Source of the DNA: Minisyncoccota bacterium
GTDB lineage: Bacteria > Patescibacteriota > Minisyncoccia > Phycocordibacterales > GWA1-40-21
Reading direction: 5' to 3'
Length of the DNA: 64,000 nucleotides
Assembly: GCA_041663045.1 (NCBI GenBank)
Contig: JBAZRH010000001.1
Location: 276,403-340,402 of the forward strand
Position 1 is the stretch's first letter. Every line of letters starts with the position of its first letter. Both the position numbers and the translations under genes were made by a program. Shown in pieces: positions 28,768-37,748 of the stretch. The notes under the pieces were generated by a model. That model saw nothing but the letters and a program-made list of their open reading frames with translations, was not told the DNA's origin and did no database searches.

Positions 28768-28881
28768 TAGGCGAGCGAGTCGGGTGCTTTTAAAAAGCAT
28801 TGCACAGCGCGACGGCGCGAGCATAGCAAAAAGCCAGCAGGCTTTTATGCGCGGTTTTTAAAAGCACCCGATGAGCGAGCC
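28768..28881 (+). repeat. structured intergenic element, subfamily A (short)
   Basis: GCGAGCGAG-TCGGGTGCTTTT..GCGCGACGGCGC..AAAAGCC-AGCA-GGCTTTT..AAAAGCACCCGA-TGAGCGAGC. Confidence 0.88.
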
Positions 28882-28893
28882 GTCTTGAATTCG

Positions 28894-29907
28894 TTATCTC
28901 TTCGAAATAATACTCTTCTTGTAAGTATCCAAGTGTTCTAACGCAATCCCCGTCCCTTTTGCCACACAGTAAAGAGGATCTTTTGCCACAACAGCTTTCA
29001 CACCAGTGCGTCTGAAAACAAGCTCGGCGAGATTGCGAAGCATTGAAGAACCACCGGTCATAATAATCCCTTTATCAATAATATCGGCAGCGAGCTCCGG
29101 CGGAGTCTCCTGCAATACATCTTTTATCGCTTTTATCATATCTTTGAGTTCTTTGGCGATAGCTTTTACTATTTCATTGGTCTTTATTTCCGTCGAGCGA
29201 GGAAGTCCTGTAAGAAAATCTCTTCCTTTTATAATAAGCGAAAGCTCTTCCTCTACCGGCACAGCACTACCTATTTTTATTTTAATATCTTCTGCAGTTT
29301 TATCTCCTATCGCCAAGTTGAATGTTTTTTTAATATAATCAGCAATCGCAGCATCTATTTTATTGCCCGCACATTTTACAGAAGTTGAAGAGACAATCCC
29401 TCCAAGAGAAATCACGGCGACATCTGTCGTCCCTCCTCCGATATCCACCACCATATGTCCCATCGGCTCATATATAGGAATACCTGCGCCGATAGCTGCA
29501 AGAATCGGCTCTTTCACGACATAAGCATTTTTGGCCCCAGCACGGATAGCCGCTTCCACCACAGCTCTTCTCTCTGTAGATGTAATACCAGCCGGCACAG
29601 AGACCATCACTTCTGGTTTAAAAATATTCCATTTGCCGAGAGCTTTGTCTATAAAATATCGAAGCATCGCTTCGGTCACACGATAGTCGGCGATCACACC
29701 ATCTCTCATCGGACGATATGCAATAATACTATCCGGTGTCTTACCTATCATATTTTTCGCTTTCACACCTACGGCAAGGATTTTATTGTCTTGTTCAGAT
29801 ACAGCGACAACAGACGGCTCAAAAAGGACAACACCTTTCCCCGGCACAAATACGAGAGTATTCGCGGTTCCCAAATCTATACCTAATTTTCTGGTGAAAA
29901 TGGACAT
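28894..29907 (-). CDS. mreB: rod shape-determining protein MreB (second, stand-alone copy)
   Basis: LGIDLGTANT, VPAGITSTERRAV, DIGGGTTD, TGGSSML. Confidence 0.96.
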   Translation of the reverse strand: MSIFTRKLGIDLGTANTLVFVPGKGVVLFEPSVVAVSEQDNKILAVGVKAKNMIGKTPDSIIAYRPMRDGVIADYRVTEAMLRYFIDKALGKWNIFKPEVMVSVPAGITSTERRAVVEAAIRAGAKNAYVVKEPILAAIGAGIPIYEPMGHMVVDIGGGTTDVAVISLGGIVSSTSVKCAGNKIDAAIADYIKKTFNLAIGDKTAEDIKIKIGSAVPVEEELSLIIKGRDFLTGLPRSTEIKTNEIVKAIAKELKDMIKAIKDVLQETPPELAADIIDKGIIMTGGSSMLRNLAELVFRRTGVKAVVAKDPLYCVAKGTGIALEHLDTYKKSIISKR

Positions 29908-30008
29908 GCGTTTAGTTATTCATATACTAGCTCTTTTTGGGCTTTTTGCAAATGAAAATTAAATTAGGTGTTTTGATTTATTTATAGCATATATGCTATA
30001 ATATTTTT

Positions 30009-31514
30009 ATGAAAAACAAGCTATCAGAAATCGGCAAGCTCATCACCGAGCTTCGTGAGAGACGCGGTATCACACAATCGGCTTTTGCTGAAAAGCTTGG
30101 CACAACACAAAGCGTAATCGCCCGCATAGAAAGCGGTGAGCAAAATCTAACCACAGAAATGCTTGAGAAAATCGGCGAAGCGCTAAATAAAGAAATCTTT
30201 ACAATATCGAAAGGTGCGATGAATCTTGAAATAGAAGGCGGACACAAACTCTCCGGCTCGGTGATTACAAAAACATCCAAAAACGGTGCGATGGGTATTA
30301 TCTCCGCTTCCCTACTAAACAAAGGTAAAACACTTTTAAAAAATGTGCCAAAAATTGAGGAAGTTTACAGAATGGTAGAAATCTTGGAAAGCATCGGTGT
30401 ATCTATCAGGTGGATTGGAGATGATCTGGAAATCGAGGTCAAGAAAATTGATCTCAAAAAGATAAATAAAGAATCCGCCGAGAAAACCAGAAGTATTATT
30501 ATGCTCATCGGCTCACTTTCACACTTTTTCAAGAAGTTTTCCCTACCACAATCCGGCGGATGCAAGCTCGGCTCGAGGACTGTCACCCCGCATTTTTTCG
30601 CCCTTGAGAATTTCGGTGTAAATATAGTCGCGAAATCAAAAAGTTATGAAATTTCGGCAAGTAAACTTAAGCCCGCAGAATTCGCCCTTTATGAAAGTGG
30701 AGATACCGTCACGGAAAACGCCATAATGACCGCCGCCCTTATCCCAGGGAAATCCGTCATCAAATTCGCCTCCGCCAATTATATGGTGCAAGATCTGTGC
30801 TTTTTCTTGGAAGGGCTTGGTGTAAAAATAGAAGGTATCGGTACGACCACCCTCACTGTGCATGGCGTATCGGAAATAAATAAAAATATTACATACTACC
30901 TCGCCGAAGATCCGATCGACTCAATGTTTTTCATAGCCACAGCAATACTCACAAATTCCTCTATAAAAATAGAACGCTGCCCGATAGATTTTCTTGAAAT
31001 AGAATTGCTAAAACTCAAAAAGATGGGCTTTAAATATAAATTATCAAAAGTCTATAAAGCACTGAACGGTAAGACGAATCTTGTAGACATCACCACTTCC
31101 CCTTCCCGACTCACAGCACTTACCGATAAAATAGAAGCGAGGCCCTTTCCTGGGCTCAATATCGACAACCTGCCTTTCTTCGCAGTCATCGCCACACAAG
31201 CCGTCGGGCAAACTCTCATACACGATTGGGTTTATGAAAAAAGAGCGATTCACTACAAGGAGCTAGACAAGCTCGGTGCCGATACTATTCTCGCCGACCC
31301 GCATAGATTTTATGTAAATGGAAAGACAGATTTGCGACCGACAGAAATAATCTGCCCGCCAGCTCTCCGCCCCGCCGCGATTATTTTGATAGGAATGCTT
31401 GGTGCAAAAGGCAGATCGATTTTGCGAAATGTTTACAGCATAAATCGCGGATATGAAGACATTGTGAAGAGGCTGAATGGTTTGGGAGCGAAGATAAAGA
31501 TGTTGAGGGATTAG
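30009..31514 (+). CDS. murA: XRE-HTH fused UDP-N-acetylglucosamine 1-carboxyvinyltransferase
   Basis: N-terminal LRERRGITQSAFAEKLGTTQSVIARIESG; SKNGA, GGCKLGSR, INRGYEDIV.RL..LGA. Confidence 0.92.
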   Translation: MKNKLSEIGKLITELRERRGITQSAFAEKLGTTQSVIARIESGEQNLTTEMLEKIGEALNKEIFTISKGAMNLEIEGGHKLSGSVITKTSKNGAMGIISASLLNKGKTLLKNVPKIEEVYRMVEILESIGVSIRWIGDDLEIEVKKIDLKKINKESAEKTRSIIMLIGSLSHFFKKFSLPQSGGCKLGSRTVTPHFFALENFGVNIVAKSKSYEISASKLKPAEFALYESGDTVTENAIMTAALIPGKSVIKFASANYMVQDLCFFLEGLGVKIEGIGTTTLTVHGVSEINKNITYYLAEDPIDSMFFIATAILTNSSIKIERCPIDFLEIELLKLKKMGFKYKLSKVYKALNGKTNLVDITTSPSRLTALTDKIEARPFPGLNIDNLPFFAVIATQAVGQTLIHDWVYEKRAIHYKELDKLGADTILADPHRFYVNGKTDLRPTEIICPPALRPAAIILIGMLGAKGRSILRNVYSINRGYEDIVKRLNGLGAKIKMLRD

Positions 31515-31567
31515 AAATGGACAGACGGCGCGTTGCTCGTCTGTCCATAAACAGATGGTCATGTGTT

Positions 31568-31738
31568 TTACTTCTGTGTCAGCCACTCCAAAAACTTTTC
31601 GAAACATTTGACACATATGTGATACTTCTTCACTTCACGACTTGGCGAATCATCCGCCAGTGTTTGGGGTGGAGAAAAAGCTAGACCACCGTAAGCATGC
31701 AGTTCCTCGCCACATTTGTCGCATTTCGGCTTTATCAT
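31568..31738 (-). CDS. 56-aa CxxC...CxxC zinc-finger microprotein (not in ORF track)
   Basis: AGGAG SD; MIKPKCDKCGEELHAYGGLAFSPP...HICVKCFEKFLEWLTQK; hairpin 31517-31548. Confidence 0.78.
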   Translation of the reverse strand: MIKPKCDKCGEELHAYGGLAFSPPQTLADDSPSREVKKYHICVKCFEKFLEWLTQK

Positions 31739-31842
31739 TTTCTGCTCCTTTCTACTCTATTTTAGAATATAGCATCAACCTTTTTCAAAGTAAAGAATTA
31801 AAGTGCAGGTGGCTTTTTTTATTAAAAATGATAGTATCAAAG

Positions 31843-32010
31843 ACCTCTGGGGTGATAGATTAAAGCTATTCAGATTGTCGCGACGGGCACCTCCGATGGT
31901 GCTGGATCTCAAGTGCCAAGTATGTCTTTTTTGGCCACGAATCCTTAATGTGTCGCAAGTGGGAGAAGCTGTAATCCACCTAGACACTGATAACTATCAC
32001 CCTGGGGACC
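31843..32010 (+). ncRNA. candidate structured ncRNA
   Basis: TGnTAGTAT upstream; closing stem CCTCTGGGGTGATAG/CTATCACCCTGGGG; inner GCGAC/GTCGC; terminator 32017-32046. Confidence 0.55.
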
Positions 32011-32091
32011 AACCTTGCCCGTGCATTGTGCGCGGGCTTTTCTTTTGCAGGCAAGTTTGACAAGAATAATCAGATATGCTAGTATATAAAG

Positions 32092-32230
32092 TAGATAAGT
32101 CGGTGCCTCAATGAATGGGTGTCATTGGGGGCTGAACCCGAACATACCCGAAGTCAAGCTGGGTGCACTTCCATCCCAAACTCAAAAACAGAGTCTAAAG
32201 GAAGCGCAATTGGGAATCAAAGCTGACAAC
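32092..32230 (+). ncRNA. candidate structured ncRNA
   Basis: TTGACA(32057)-17-TAGTAT; stems GTCGGT/GCTGAC, CCTCAATGA/TCATTGGGG, TGCACTTCC/GGAAGCGCA; terminator to ~32279; no SD-led ORF. Confidence 0.45.
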
Positions 32231-32361
32231 CGTCTTGCATACTATTTTATTTATAATGGAGTGTAGGCGGTTTTTCTTTGGGTGAATTCTGGTGGGCCGA
32301 TTTTTCAACCTCGTTCTGACGGGTTGAAAAATCGGCCCCAATCTGTCATTATGTAACAATA

Positions 32362-34287
32362 ATGAGAGCCCTGGAAGTTATACCCATTTCAAGAGGAATT
32401 TCAAAAGAGACTCTTTCGTATTTTACAGGGAGCGATATTTCTGTAGGTGCTATTGTAAAAGTCCCCCTGAGGAAAAGAGTTATCCCCGCCCTCGTCATCT
32501 CTGTAAGAGAAGTTGAAGATATCAAAAGTGAAATCAAAAGGTCTCCCTTCCCACTGCGAAAAGTTGAAAAGATGAAATCTTTCCACCTGCTTTCAAAAGA
32601 GTTTGTGGAAGCTTCACAAAAAGTCGCAGATTATTATGCCGGTTCCACTGGAGCGGTACTTAGCTCTATCATACCGAAAGTGATTTTCGAAAATGCCGAG
32701 AAAATAAAAGTTCCGCAAGAAATCTCAAATACTGATACAAATATCACCTCTGCAGAAAAATTCGTCATACAATCAAATGACGAAGACAGATACGCACACT
32801 ATAAAAGTATAATCAGGGAAGAGTTTGCCAAAGATTCCTCTGTCTTTTTCTGTTTGCCGACAATTCAAGATATTAAGAAAGCGGTGGAGAAGCTTCAAAA
32901 AGGTATAGAAAAGTATACTTTTATCCTCCACTCCTCCATGGGCAAAAAAGAAATGCTAGAAACGATAAACAAAATACTTGCCGAAGATCATCCTCTTCTC
33001 ATAGTTGCGACTGGTGGTTTTCTCTCGATTCCAAAGACAAAGATAAGCACGATTATTCTCGACAAAGAGAATTCCCGCGCATATAAAACACAAGTCAGAC
33101 CATATATTGATATTAGAAATTTCGCCGAAACACTTGCAAGTAAGATGAGGGCAAAAATAATCTTCGGTGATCTGCTTTTGCGAACAGAAACAATCTGGCG
33201 TTATAAAAATGCTGAACTAGTAGAAATAGCCTCTCTTAAATTTCGTTCGCTTACCACCTCATCTCAAGAGATTGTAGATATGCGATACAAAAAAGAAGAC
33301 ACGGAACCTATCACCCCCTCCAAGCCCGAAGTAAAAAAAGAATTCAAGGTCTTTAGCCCAGAACTTGAAAATAAAATAAAAGAGAGTATAGAAAACAACG
33401 AACATATGTTTATCTTTACTGCTCGTCGTGGTCTCTCGCCTTCCACTCTTTGCGCCGACTGCGGAAATATAGTTAAATGTAATTCCTGCGGAGCACACAA
33501 CGTTCTTCATAAGTCGCCGGCAGAAAATTTCTTTTTGTGTCACAAGTGCGGAGAAAGAAGAAGCGCTTTAGAAAAATGCTCAAACTGTGGTGGTTGGCGA
33601 TTGACTACTCTTGGAATCGGCTCAGAATTGGTGGAAGAAAAGCTAAAAGAAATGTGTCCGAATGCTAAAGTAGTCAGAATTGATTCAGATATGACACCAA
33701 CACATAAGAAAGCAGAAATCGCAGCTGAGAAATTTTATAATTCCCCACAAAGTATTCTCATCGGTACAGAGATGGCACTTCTATATCTTACAGAAAAGAT
33801 AGAAAACTCTGCCGTGGTTTCTATAGATTCTTTTTTCTCTATTCCGGATTTTAGAATAAACGAGAGAATCTTAAACATCCTACTCAAAATGCGGGCAATC
33901 ACTGACAGAAAACTCATAATACAAACTCGCGATGCAACACAGAAAGTCTTTGAATACGCTATCAAAGGAAATCTCGTAGATTTTTATAGAGATGAGTTGG
34001 AAGACAGAAAGGTTCTTCGTTACCCACCTTTTTCAAATCTTATAAAGATTTCAATACTTGGTGCCAAGAATGAAGTGGTGCCTTTTGTGGAGAATTTCCA
34101 AAAAGAAATAGATCCGTATGAAATAGACGTCTTCCCAGCTTTTATACCACAAGCCAAAAACAGATATAGCGTAAATGGAATTATAAAGATACCTCAAGGT
34201 GAATGGCCAAATTCAAAACTTATAGAAAAATTAAAAGCTCTCCCACCAAATTTCTCAGTAAATGTGGATCCAGACTCTCTCATTTAA
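32362..34287 (+). CDS. priA: primosomal protein N' (PriA)-like, degenerate helicase motifs
   Basis: VKVPLR 3'-binding domain, RRG + 4 CxxC cluster, RIDSD, PDFR..ER, YPPF. Confidence 0.88.
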   Translation: MRALEVIPISRGISKETLSYFTGSDISVGAIVKVPLRKRVIPALVISVREVEDIKSEIKRSPFPLRKVEKMKSFHLLSKEFVEASQKVADYYAGSTGAVLSSIIPKVIFENAEKIKVPQEISNTDTNITSAEKFVIQSNDEDRYAHYKSIIREEFAKDSSVFFCLPTIQDIKKAVEKLQKGIEKYTFILHSSMGKKEMLETINKILAEDHPLLIVATGGFLSIPKTKISTIILDKENSRAYKTQVRPYIDIRNFAETLASKMRAKIIFGDLLLRTETIWRYKNAELVEIASLKFRSLTTSSQEIVDMRYKKEDTEPITPSKPEVKKEFKVFSPELENKIKESIENNEHMFIFTARRGLSPSTLCADCGNIVKCNSCGAHNVLHKSPAENFFLCHKCGERRSALEKCSNCGGWRLTTLGIGSELVEEKLKEMCPNAKVVRIDSDMTPTHKKAEIAAEKFYNSPQSILIGTEMALLYLTEKIENSAVVSIDSFFSIPDFRINERILNILLKMRAITDRKLIIQTRDATQKVFEYAIKGNLVDFYRDELEDRKVLRYPPFSNLIKISILGAKNEVVPFVENFQKEIDPYEIDVFPAFIPQAKNRYSVNGIIKIPQGEWPNSKLIEKLKALPPNFSVNVDPDSLI

Positions 34288-35101
34288 AATCGTAATGAAC
34301 CTTATTTCCATATCGTAAGTCTATATGTTTTATTTTTGAGAGGAAAGTCTTGTCGGTTTTAATATCGCCGCTGTCTATAAGCGCTTTCAAATTTCTAAGA
34401 GAAACATTAAAATCTTGTTTATCATTTATATTTATTTTACCTCCATCAAACAAATAAATTTCATATTCCCCTTCTGGAAGAGACAACACTCCAACAGGAT
34501 TTATATTTAAATTATAGATACCTTTGAATAAACTAGATAGTTCTGTAAAAACTCTCTCATCCAGAAAATTGGTTCCGATTATATTTGTACCACTGTGCCC
34601 ACCAAGATATTTTGGAAACGGATTACCGAAGAAAATCGGCGCATCGGAGAAAATTATTCCGTTTTTATCTATAAAATAACAGTCGTTAGATGTGATACTT
34701 CCGCCATCGCACCAAAGAGCAAATACGGATCTCTCCACCACATAAATATTTATACCTTGAACTCCACTGATACCTACCCTTATACTTTCTATTTTCTTCA
34801 AATTATCCAACAGAGTCTCTTCTATCCCGAATCTTGGTAAAAAGATTTGATTGTCTCTATTCAAGACAAATAAATACTTCTTAGAGAGTATATTTTTTAC
34901 GATATTTACTATCTCTTCTGAAGAGACCGTGGAGTTTCCGCTTACAGAAATATCCTTTATCCTGAAATCGGGATAATATGAACATATTGAAATAAAGATA
35001 AAGAGCACAAAAAGAAAAGCTAGGAAGGAAAGAAGTTTAAAGAAGAAATTCTTTCTTCTCTTCGAGTTTAAAGACAAACCAATGTTGGATCTAAAAGGCA
35101 T
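34280..35101 (-). CDS. FtsQ/DivIB-like POTRA protein
   Basis: TM, I..ISVSGN, I.V.ER, YFID..G, IDLRYGNKV. Confidence 0.8.
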   Translation of the reverse strand: MPFRSNIGLSLNSKRRKNFFFKLLSFLAFLFVLFIFISICSYYPDFRIKDISVSGNSTVSSEEIVNIVKNILSKKYLFVLNRDNQIFLPRFGIEETLLDNLKKIESIRVGISGVQGINIYVVERSVFALWCDGGSITSNDCYFIDKNGIIFSDAPIFFGNPFPKYLGGHSGTNIIGTNFLDERVFTELSSLFKGIYNLNINPVGVLSLPEGEYEIYLFDGGKININDKQDFNVSLRNLKALIDSGDIKTDKTFLSKIKHIDLRYGNKVHYDFK

Positions 35102-35142
35102 TTATGTAAATATTATATATCATAGATGAATTAAAAGCATTA

Positions 35143-35174
35143 TAAAAAAGCCGCGCCCGAAGGGCGCGGCTTTT
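35143..35174 (-). terminator. bidirectional intrinsic terminator after serS
   Basis: AAAAAAGCCGCGCCC-GAA-GGGCGCGGCTTTT. Confidence 0.85.
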
Positions 35175-35187
35175 GTATTTGTCTTTC

Positions 35188-36456
35188 TTACTTTTTCCCG
35201 ATAAATTCCTTCCCGCCCATATATTTTCTCAACACTTCAGGAATCTTGATAGTGCCATCTGCTTGTTGATAGTTTTCAACAATACATGAAAGTAGTCTTG
35301 GAGTTGCAGCCGCAGTACAATTTAGAGAGTGCGTAACGAGTTTTTTACCACCTTCATCATATCTAATATTAAATCTTCTTGTCTGAAAATCATGGTAATA
35401 AGATGCACTAGAAAGCTCTCTGTAGGTATTTGCAAATGGGAACCAAGCTTCCGTATCGTATTGTTTTACCTTACTCTGACCCAAATCACCCCCACATATA
35501 AGCAATCTTCTGTAAGGCAAACCTAATGACTCAATGAATTGTTCAAAATTTCTGTTTATTTCCTCGTGGAGTTTTGCTGATTCTGCATGATCTGCTTTAC
35601 AGATTATTAACTGCTCAAGCTTGAAAAATTCATGGACACGAATCAAGCCTCTAGTATCTTTACTGTAGCTTCCCGCCTCCCTTCTATAACATGGTGAAAA
35701 AGCTAAATATCTTTTTGGCAATTCTTCACTTTTCAAGATTTCTCCGGAGTGATATGCCATCATAGGGACTTCGGCGGTACCTGACAAAAAGTCGTCATCT
35801 TGCGTTTTAAATAAATCTTCAGAGTCTCTTGGTAAATGTCCTGTGCCATAGAAATGCTCTTTCTTTACAATCGCCGGAGCGATAAAAGGGTTGAACGATC
35901 TACTACCAAAGAACTCTCTGGCATAGTTCCAAATAGCCCAAGTTAGATTTGCACCATCATTTTTCAAGAAATATCCTCTAAACCCGTGTGTTTTTGTGCC
36001 GCGTTCAAAATCAACCATATCGAGCTTTAGCATCAATTCTGCATGATCTTTTATTTTAAAATCAAATACTGGTTTTTCTCCCCAAAGACATGCTTCAACG
36101 TTTTCTGTTTCATCCTTGCCTTCTGGCACAGAAACATCCGGGACATTCGGCACCGCAAGCATTTGAACCTGCCAGTTTTTCATAATCTCTTTCAACTGCT
36201 CTTCTTCTTTCTGTAATCCTTCTTTCAACTTTTTCATTTCAGATAAAAGCTCGGCTTTTGCGCCAGCATCAGCAAGTTGCGGTAATCTCAAAGAGACGGC
36301 GTTCTGCTCGGCTCTCTTCGTCTCAATAGCGGAAAGAAGCTCTTTACGTTTGTCGTCGAGTTTTAGAAGCTCGGTAGGATCAAACTTCAAATGCTTTTTC
36401 CTCGCCGCCTCTATGATGAGGTCTTTATTGTCTCTTATGAATTTTATGTCTAACAT
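35188..36456 (-). CDS. serS: serine--tRNA ligase
   Basis: MLDIKFIR, GTAEVP, CYRREAGSY.KDTRGLIRVHEF, HSLN.T. Confidence 0.97.
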   Translation of the reverse strand: MLDIKFIRDNKDLIIEAARKKHLKFDPTELLKLDDKRKELLSAIETKRAEQNAVSLRLPQLADAGAKAELLSEMKKLKEGLQKEEEQLKEIMKNWQVQMLAVPNVPDVSVPEGKDETENVEACLWGEKPVFDFKIKDHAELMLKLDMVDFERGTKTHGFRGYFLKNDGANLTWAIWNYAREFFGSRSFNPFIAPAIVKKEHFYGTGHLPRDSEDLFKTQDDDFLSGTAEVPMMAYHSGEILKSEELPKRYLAFSPCYRREAGSYSKDTRGLIRVHEFFKLEQLIICKADHAESAKLHEEINRNFEQFIESLGLPYRRLLICGGDLGQSKVKQYDTEAWFPFANTYRELSSASYYHDFQTRRFNIRYDEGGKKLVTHSLNCTAAATPRLLSCIVENYQQADGTIKIPEVLRKYMGGKEFIGKK

Positions 36457-36558
36457 ATTTTTAAAATTAAATTGAAAAAAGTAATTAATTAACAGTTTTC
36501 TTATTTATTATAGTATCAATAAATGGTAAAATCAGCAATGATGCTAAAAGATTTTGAA

Positions 36559-37413
36559 ATGGACACACTCACCGGCGATGAAATACCCGAAATGCTTCGA
36601 GAAATACCCGATGCACCGAAGAAACTCTACATTCAAGGTAAATTGCCCGGTCCAAATACCAAACTTCTCTGTGTTGTCGGCTCACGCAAATACACACCTT
36701 ATGGAAAAGAAGCCTGTGAAAAGTTGATTGCCGGACTTCGTGGTTATGATATCGCTATTGTCTCTGGCCTTGCGCTTGGCATAGATAGTGTCGCACACAG
36801 ATCAGCACTTGAGGCTGGCTTGAAGACAATCGCTGTCCCAGGATCAGGCCTCGATGAATCCGTCCTCTATCCACATACGCATAAAAAACTCGCGGAAGAT
36901 ATTTTGGAAGCGGGCGGAGCGACGCTTTCTGAATTTGAACCGAAATTTCGTGCAGTGTATTACAGTTTCCCTCAAAGAAATAGAATTATGGCGGGATTTT
37001 CTCACGCCACGCTTGTCATAGAAGCAGAAATAAAATCCGGCACACTTATCACCTCCAAATTTGCAACAGAATACAATAGAGATGTCCTCGCACTCCCCGG
37101 CTCAATATTTTCCAAAAATTCCGACGGACCACACATGCTCATTCGCCTCGGTGCGACACCTATTCGCACAAGCACAGATATTTTGGAAGCACTTGGATTT
37201 AATATTGATGAGGAACCTCAAAATCTGGAGCTCAAATATGCCGACTGTTCAGACGAAGAGCTTCTCGTTATCAAAATCCTTTCCGAACCAATGTCAAAAG
37301 ACGACCTTTTCCGCACCCTCAAAATGCCTGTCTCAAAAGCCAACGCTGTGATTTCAATAATGGAGATTAAGGGGTTGATAAAGGAGAGTTTGGGGGAGGT
37401 TAGGTTGACATAA
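36559..37413 (+). CDS. dprA: DNA-processing protein DprA
   Basis: VVGSRK.T.YG, IVSGLALGID, FPQRNRIMAG, SGTLIT; start uncertain (36523-36559). Confidence 0.95.
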   Translation: MDTLTGDEIPEMLREIPDAPKKLYIQGKLPGPNTKLLCVVGSRKYTPYGKEACEKLIAGLRGYDIAIVSGLALGIDSVAHRSALEAGLKTIAVPGSGLDESVLYPHTHKKLAEDILEAGGATLSEFEPKFRAVYYSFPQRNRIMAGFSHATLVIEAEIKSGTLITSKFATEYNRDVLALPGSIFSKNSDGPHMLIRLGATPIRTSTDILEALGFNIDEEPQNLELKYADCSDEELLVIKILSEPMSKDDLFRTLKMPVSKANAVISIMEIKGLIKESLGEVRLT

Positions 37414-37439
37414 TCTCTGAAAGTACTAATATCTCTCTT

Positions 37440-37656
37440 ACGGAAAAGAGCAACGATTGGCTATGAGGCAGATACCTTAGCTGCCCGATCATCGGCCTAA
37501 AACCGAAGACGGAAGGACTCGAAGCCTTCAATCGAGTTATAATCAGACGATACTCCGTAGCATAGCTGGGAGACAATGAAGTTGTGCTCTGGCACAATGG
37601 AGTCAACAGTGAAATACCAGTGGGTGATCAATCTGATTATAACTGCTCTTTTCCCC
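37440..37656 (+). ncRNA. candidate multi-stem ncRNA between dprA and topA
   Basis: TTGACA(37405)..TAATAT; GGAAAAGAGCA/TGCTCTTTTCC closing stem; GTTATAATCAGA/TCTGATTATAAC; several hairpins; terminator 37662-37700. Confidence 0.6.
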
Positions 37657-37748
37657 ATTTCGCGCCGTGAACACATCTGTGTCACGGCGCTATTTTTTAT
37701 ACAAAAATTTGCTAAAAGTTGAAATATGGTATATTAGTATCAAATAAT

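Noticed and set aside
21966-29907. Two mreB genes as a recent duplication or assembly artefact
   Set aside because: The proteins are clearly divergent paralogues in different contexts; multiple MreB copies are ordinary.
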